Origin: Spirochaetota bacterium
GTDB taxonomy: Bacteria > Spirochaetota > UBA4802 > UBA5550
NCBI GenBank assembly: GCA_963663865.1
Contig: OY760686.1
Coordinates: 1,472,001-1,536,000, forward strand
Direction of reading: 5' to 3'
Length of the DNA: 64,000 bases
Part shown: piece after piece, positions 58,595 to 64,000 of the stretch
How positions within the stretch are numbered: position 1 is the stretch's first letter
How the letters are laid out: each line of letters starts with the position of its first letter
Program-made: the position numbers and the translations under genes
Notes under the pieces: generated by a model
Seen by the model: the letters and a program-made list of their open reading frames with translations, nothing else
Told to the model about the DNA's origin: nothing
Databases searched by the model: none

Positions 58595-61072
58595 ATGAAA
58601 AGGCTGTTATTGTGGGTTTTACTGCCGGTGTTGTTTGTCGTTGCAGGCTGTGGAGATGAAATGGAGAGGATTACTATCGATCCTCCTGAAACAGATTCTG
58701 AGCGGGCTAGAGAGCTAACTTCAAGAATGACCCTAGAAGAGAAGATCAACCAGATGAGCGGAGGGCCAAGACAATCTTCAACCATGTCAATGATGACACA
58801 GATATACGACGCTAGGCTCAATATTCCGAGCATGGTTTTCAGCGACGGGACCCGCGGCGCCAAATCAATGACGACCGATCAGGAGTACTCGTACACAACC
58901 GTATTTCCGGTTGCTTCACTACGGGCTGCTTCGTTTGACCGGGAATCGGAATATATGGTAGGCGAGATAAGCGCCCTTGAAACGAGGTCATTGGGCAACT
59001 ACGTCCTCTGCGCTCCCAATCTGAACCAGACAGTCAACCCGCGATACGGCAGGAGCCAGGAGGCCTACGGCGAGGACTCATATCTTATTGGCGAAATGGC
59101 TTCCTCGCACATAAATGGAACAAAGTACTCGGGAGCTGCCGACGAAGACGGTGATGGGAAACCTGATCTTGATGAAAGCGGAAAGATCATATACTATGAC
59201 GCTGAAGGCAGGCGCACCTACGCTGTCCAGTCGGTAATATCCGAGTTCGCTGTATCGGGTGTTGAAAACCCACGCCGGCTGATCAACGCCGTTGTTGACG
59301 AGAGAACACTCCGCGAGGTATTTCTGCCCCAGTTCAGGAAGACCATCGACAAGTCAGACCCGGCAGGCGTTATGTCGGCCTATAATCGGGTGAACGGAGA
59401 TTACTGCGCGTCCAACAGAGAGCTTATGAAAGATATTCTCCGAGGCGAGTGGGATTTTAAGGGATACACACTTACGCAGTGGTATGGAATTGCGGAATCA
59501 ACTGAAAAGGCCGTCGAAGTCCAACTGGGAATCGAGATGCCCTATTCATCCGGAATAGAAGATTATGAATTTGTATACGGCCCGCAACTTTTAAATGCTA
59601 TTTGTTCTGGAACTATACACGAATGTGATATAGACCCCATGGTCGCACGCATACTGTTTAGAAAAATACAATATGGAATGCTGGACTACGGACGCGATTT
59701 CTCAATTACCTATGGTGTAGGCCAGGAAGACGAGTACCACGCCTATCAGAGCACCAAAGGGCTGCAGAGACCGGAGTCCATTCAGGCGAGCCTTGAGATC
59801 GCGAGAAGAGGAATCGTCCTCTTAAAGGACGGCAGCCGAAGCACAGAGTCATCTGTCGGTGGCTTTCTTCCACTCAGCAGTAGTTCGGTTAGCATTACAT
59901 CTGAACACCCGGCGGTCATGCTTGGGCAATATTCCAATGAAGCACGCACCGGTGATTTCGGTTCATCAAATGCGATCTCTTCTACCATGCATGCCAGCCT
60001 TGACATCACTCCCTTTCAGGGATTCATTGAATTCCTCGGGGAAGAACACGTTAAGTATTTTACTGGGAATAAAGATATAGATTATGTCTACTTTGCGATC
60101 AATGATGAGGAATACGAGGATGAGAAGGCTTTGAACACGCTTAAGACAGCTTCGTGGGCAATCATTGTATGCTCCTATACCCCTGCTAATTTTTATTCAC
60201 CTGAATTGACGGCTCCAGAAGGTGAAGACATGGACCGTTCCTCACTTTCGCTGCCAGAGCGTGACCTCGGCAACATACAAGCGGCAGTTGAAGCGAAAAC
60301 GGCCAACCCTGACCTAAAGATTATGGTGATCATTGAGAGCGGTTCAGCCGTTCTCGTCGAGGACTTTGTAAATGATGTCGATGTGATTGTTCAGGCATGG
60401 TACCCCGGCATGTGCGGCGGCCAGGCCATAGCCGAGCTCGTCTTCGGACAGACACTCGATCATAACATGTGGACAGGCGAGCCGCAGGAGGTCAGAGCTG
60501 TCAGCTTCTCAGGGAAAAGCCCTGTGACATGGCCGCGTTCAGACGAACAACTGCCCTTTTATCCTTCGAGCAGACAAACAGAAGAATACAACTACGGCTA
60601 CTACCACGGTTACCGCTTCTTTGAGAAGGACCTGGCCGAAACAGAAGACAAAAGCCCCCGCTACTGGTTTGGTTACGGACTGAGCTACAATACCTACAGC
60701 TACAGCAACCTGGAGGTCGATCCTAACTACGTCAATGATGAAGGAACCAGGCTTGTCAAGGTGAGCGTCGATGTCACAAACAACGGAGAGTACGATTCAT
60801 CAGAGATTGTGCAGGCCTATGTAGGCTTCAGTCAGTCACAGCTTGACGACGCCTGGGGCCGTCCGGTCAAGCAGCTCTTCAGCTTTGACAGGATTGACAT
60901 TGCTGGAGGAGAAACAGAAAAGGCAGTCATGTACATTGAGCCATCAGATCTCGCCTACTGGGACAAGGCCTCTCAGAGCATGGTAATCGAAGACATGCAG
61001 TACGAGCTTATCGTGGCAGAAAGCTCCGATCCGAATGCCCAAAAGCTCACCTCGGCCTTCAGCTTAAATTAG
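58595..61072 (+). CDS. GH3 beta-glucosidase-like lipoprotein with degenerate catalytic motifs
   Basis: Lipobox VAGC, MTLEEK, GRSQEAYGED, VMSAYNRVNG, LRGEWDFKG, IVLLK, WYPG, FGYGLSY, Fn3-like C-terminus. The expected KH is SE and the expected SDW is TQW. Confidence 0.88.
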   Translation: MKRLLLWVLLPVLFVVAGCGDEMERITIDPPETDSERARELTSRMTLEEKINQMSGGPRQSSTMSMMTQIYDARLNIPSMVFSDGTRGAKSMTTDQEYSYTTVFPVASLRAASFDRESEYMVGEISALETRSLGNYVLCAPNLNQTVNPRYGRSQEAYGEDSYLIGEMASSHINGTKYSGAADEDGDGKPDLDESGKIIYYDAEGRRTYAVQSVISEFAVSGVENPRRLINAVVDERTLREVFLPQFRKTIDKSDPAGVMSAYNRVNGDYCASNRELMKDILRGEWDFKGYTLTQWYGIAESTEKAVEVQLGIEMPYSSGIEDYEFVYGPQLLNAICSGTIHECDIDPMVARILFRKIQYGMLDYGRDFSITYGVGQEDEYHAYQSTKGLQRPESIQASLEIARRGIVLLKDGSRSTESSVGGFLPLSSSSVSITSEHPAVMLGQYSNEARTGDFGSSNAISSTMHASLDITPFQGFIEFLGEEHVKYFTGNKDIDYVYFAINDEEYEDEKALNTLKTASWAIIVCSYTPANFYSPELTAPEGEDMDRSSLSLPERDLGNIQAAVEAKTANPDLKIMVIIESGSAVLVEDFVNDVDVIVQAWYPGMCGGQAIAELVFGQTLDHNMWTGEPQEVRAVSFSGKSPVTWPRSDEQLPFYPSSRQTEEYNYGYYHGYRFFEKDLAETEDKSPRYWFGYGLSYNTYSYSNLEVDPNYVNDEGTRLVKVSVDVTNNGEYDSSEIVQAYVGFSQSQLDDAWGRPVKQLFSFDRIDIAGGETEKAVMYIEPSDLAYWDKASQSMVIEDMQYELIVAESSDPNAQKLTSAFSLN

Positions 61073-61093
61073 ACTTTGTCTGGAATTTATGCA

Positions 61094-61120
61094 CCTGCCG
61101 CTTCACATGTAAGCGGCAGG
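61094..61120 (+). terminator. Hairpin downstream of the GH3 gene
   Basis: CCTGCCGCTT / AAGCGGCAGG; no U-tract. Confidence 0.45.
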
Positions 61121-61386
61121 AACTCTGTAACACGATGTCCGCTAATCTGTTAATCACCACAGAAAAACTCCATCCTCACAAAAATACTTTCTGATCAGCG
61201 AAACATTACTCCTGCCTGCGTTTTAATCTGTAAGGACAGAAGATGTGTATCAACTATTAAAGAGGCCGGTTGAGGACAGGAAGATGTTTTAATCTGAGGA
61301 TGTGAAGTGACATCTGTAGAAACGAAAATTTGATTTAAACCGCCGCTATTATTAGCTTTTAGGCAATCATATACGAGGATAATTGT

Positions 61387-62229
61387 ATGAAGCTTTCTCA
61401 TGAAAAAAAGGTTGAGCGCTTTTACAGCCATGGGTCGGACGTGCGTGGTACACAGGAGGGTGGATATCTCTCATTTGGTTACTGGAAGGGCGGCGTAATG
61501 GACTATCACGGGGCAGTGGACGCTCTCGTTGAGAAGGTGCTGAAAAAAGAAAAAAAAGTAAGACGCGGGACGAAAGTACTTAACGCGGCCTGCGGCTACG
61601 GAGCGGAAACATTCAGAATTTTTGATAAGATCAAGCCCGATAAAATTGTCGCCATAGATATAACCGGACCTCATATTTCGTTTGCCCGCAGACAGGCAAG
61701 GGCGCAAAAGCTTGATGAGAGAATAGAATTCAGGAAAATGAATGCGGCTGAGTTGAAATTTCCTTCCGGGATGTTTGACTATGTAATAGCAATAGAAGGC
61801 CCCGCCCATTTTCATACGCGGGAGATGTTCCTGCGAAGCGCGTTTAGTGTTCTCAAACCTCGAGGGGTACTTCTCCTTTCTGATATTATTGTCGATTTTG
61901 GATACGAGGAAGGGAGCCGGTTGAAGAAGATTGCCGGGGAATTCTGTGCCAGGAGGTGGTTTATGCCAAGAGAGAACTGGATGAAAGCTCAAGATCTTAA
62001 AGAGCTAATAAAAGAGATCGGCTTTAAAATTGACAGCTTCGAGACTGCAGGGGCCGACGTTTATCCTGGTTTTTCCAAATACAATCTCAGATGGGAGTCA
62101 ATAAAAAATGCCGTCAGAATAAGGGGTTTTAGAATAGGTCTTTCATTGACATTCATATCATGGCTTCTTGGATTTGTTCACAGAAAAAAAATGATTGATT
62201 ATATCTTTGTCAGGGCAATCAAGCAGTAA
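61387..62229 (+). CDS. Class I SAM-dependent methyltransferase (sterol/tocopherol-type)
   Basis: YLSFGYW, VLNAACGYG (motif I), AIDI, FDYVIAIE, VLKPRG. Confidence 0.85.
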   Translation: MKLSHEKKVERFYSHGSDVRGTQEGGYLSFGYWKGGVMDYHGAVDALVEKVLKKEKKVRRGTKVLNAACGYGAETFRIFDKIKPDKIVAIDITGPHISFARRQARAQKLDERIEFRKMNAAELKFPSGMFDYVIAIEGPAHFHTREMFLRSAFSVLKPRGVLLLSDIIVDFGYEEGSRLKKIAGEFCARRWFMPRENWMKAQDLKELIKEIGFKIDSFETAGADVYPGFSKYNLRWESIKNAVRIRGFRIGLSLTFISWLLGFVHRKKMIDYIFVRAIKQ

Positions 62230-62363
62230 ATAATCAAAAAAAACCATCCTGTACCTTCAAAGGGTATCTTTTTAAAAACGGTAACGATACCTTGACAGCA
62301 GTAACGCTGTCAGTGTAGAGCTGTTGTGCATTCAAGCCTCTTGTAAATTTATGGAGATCGTTT

Positions 62364-63713
62364 ATGTCTGAGATCATAATCCTTGTATCAATTGCACTTC
62401 TTATCGTAATAAATCTGGTGAACCTTTTCTCTGGGCGTGAAGCTTCGGCGCGTTCTGTTCAGTCTAAACTTGAAATGTTTGAAAACAGGCTGGCCGAATA
62501 CGGAAAGTCACTCCGGGAAGAGTTCGCGGCCAACAGAAAGGAGTACGGCGTAAATTTTCAGGAATTTCGCAGAGAGTTGGGTGAACAGTTTACAAGGTTC
62601 ACCAACCTCATTCAGCAGAAGGTGGACGGCCTCCAGTCCTTTTCAGTGAAGGATGCCAGAGAGGGCAGAACGGAGCTTTCATCAACACTGAAACACTTCG
62701 AGGAAAAGATTACGTCCAATCTTGAACTCATCCGCAAGTCAGTAGACAATGGTCTTTCGTCTATGCAGAGAGATAATAACGAAAAGCTTGAGCAGATGCG
62801 TAAAACCGTCGATGAAAAGCTTCACTCAACCCTTGAGAAGAGGCTTGGGGAGTCATTCAAGCTTGTCAGCGACCGGCTTGAATCTGTCCAGAAAGGACTC
62901 GGAGAAATGCAGACCCTCGCGACAGGGGTGGGCGACCTGAAAAAAGTGCTGTCCAACGTCAAATCGCGGGGTGTTATCGGAGAATATCAGCTCGCGGCAA
63001 TACTCGAGCAGCTGATGACCCCGCAGCAGTACTCGAAAAACGTCATGACAAAGCCGGGCAGCCGTGAGAATGTCGAGTTTGCCGTCAAAATACCTGACAA
63101 GACAGGGGCCAACGATTTTATCTGGCTTCCAATAGACTCCAAGTTCCCAACAGAAAACTACCAGCGTCTTCTCTCCGCCTACGAGGCCGGAGACAGAGCG
63201 CTCATAGACGAGAGCGTAAAGCTTCTTTCCGCTAACATTGAGAAGTCAGCCAGGGATATACGCGATAAGTACATTGAACCGCCTCACACCACCGATTTCG
63301 CGGTAATGTTCCTGCCCTTCGAGGGGCTCTATGCTGAGGTCCTGCGTATACCGGGGCTTTTTGAAAAGCTGCAGAATGTCTACAGAGTAACGGTGACCGG
63401 ACCGACCACGGTGTCCGCACTTATAAACAGCCTGCAGATGGGTTTCAGAACGCTCGCAATCGAGAAGCGTACCGGAGAGGTCTGGCAGGTCCTCGGAGCG
63501 GTAAAGACCGAGTTCGGGAAGTTCGGCGATATTCTTGATCAGACGAGGAAGAAGCTTGACGCCGCCAGAGCGGAGCTCGATAAAACAGGTGTGCGGACCA
63601 GAAGGATAACATCACGGCTTCGTGAAGTGGAAACCCTTCCTGATGAGTCAATCGCCGGGGTTCTTGCTGTATCGTCAGCTTCCGATCCGGGTGAAGACGA
63701 GACGGACGATTAG
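62364..63713 (+). CDS. rmuC: DNA recombination protein RmuC
   Basis: N-terminal TM helix and coiled coil, KSRGVIGE, IDSKFP, TTDFAVMFLPFEG, GPTT. Confidence 0.95.
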   Translation: MSEIIILVSIALLIVINLVNLFSGREASARSVQSKLEMFENRLAEYGKSLREEFAANRKEYGVNFQEFRRELGEQFTRFTNLIQQKVDGLQSFSVKDAREGRTELSSTLKHFEEKITSNLELIRKSVDNGLSSMQRDNNEKLEQMRKTVDEKLHSTLEKRLGESFKLVSDRLESVQKGLGEMQTLATGVGDLKKVLSNVKSRGVIGEYQLAAILEQLMTPQQYSKNVMTKPGSRENVEFAVKIPDKTGANDFIWLPIDSKFPTENYQRLLSAYEAGDRALIDESVKLLSANIEKSARDIRDKYIEPPHTTDFAVMFLPFEGLYAEVLRIPGLFEKLQNVYRVTVTGPTTVSALINSLQMGFRTLAIEKRTGEVWQVLGAVKTEFGKFGDILDQTRKKLDAARAELDKTGVRTRRITSRLREVETLPDESIAGVLAVSSASDPGEDETDD

Positions 63714-63789
63714 AAATCCGAAATCATAAATCCTTGACAACTTCAGTAACGGGCTCTTAATTGAGTGACTAAATCTGAAGGCGGGTGGA

Positions 63790-64000
63790 ATGGACGGTTT
63801 TTTGAATTTCTCGAAGGAGTATGTTCCGCTTATAGACGGATGTATTTCTTCATTTTATAAAAGCAAGGTGAAAAACGCGGCGTTTCCCTTCATGAAGCAT
63901 TACTACAGAGACCTTGCTGCATATTCGTCAAGGCCGGGTAAACGCGTAAGGCCTCTTGTCATGCTGGCTTCCTATTCCGGCTACAAAAAGGGCAAATCTG
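63790..64000 (+). CDS. Polyprenyl synthetase (IdsA/GGPP synthase-like), 3'-truncated by the window
   Basis: ATG 63790 reads MDGFLNFSKEY...SRPGKRVRPLVMLASYSGY (GKRxRP motif) and stays open to the window end. Confidence 0.7.
   Translation, partial: MDGFLNFSKEYVPLIDGCISSFYKSKVKNAAFPFMKHYYRDLAAYSSRPGKRVRPLVMLASYSGYKKGKS

Overview
A gene-dense bacterial chromosomal window, probably from an anaerobic spirochaete (inferred from a CheY3-like protein, a stand-alone fliG and Leptospira-like gene neighbourhoods). Most of it is housekeeping: a 5'-truncated multidomain biotin carboxylase with bioY, nnr, a TIGR03960-type radical SAM, CIRCE-hrcA-grpE-dnaK-dnaJ, tyrS, an ECF sigma/anti-sigma pair, queH, a short UvrD-like helicase, rnfB-like, fliG, a DEAD-box helicase, rsgA, glyQ, nrnA, hisF, rmuC and a partial polyprenyl synthase. 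It also has a sensory [FeFe]-hydrogenase (hfsABC-like) cluster and a small glycosyltransferase operon. The most unusual region is 33.7-38.6 kb. There an M4 (thermolysin-like) lipoprotein peptidase has its signal peptide out of frame across an 8-bp tandem repeat. It is followed by a 7-repeat propeller-like lipoprotein and then a start-less copy of the peptidase 3' end with a second, divergent propeller lipoprotein; GC-richer conserved boxes flank AT-rich variable cores. Other oddities are a GH3 lipoprotein lacking its catalytic residues, a CheY-like protein with Asp-to-Glu at the phosphoacceptor, two paralogous unknown lipoproteins, two atypical GHKL-like domains, a three-lobed carboxyltransferase and a probable CTG start. 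No rRNA, tRNA, CRISPR array or transposase was seen. All family calls come from motif recognition by eye, not from database searches.
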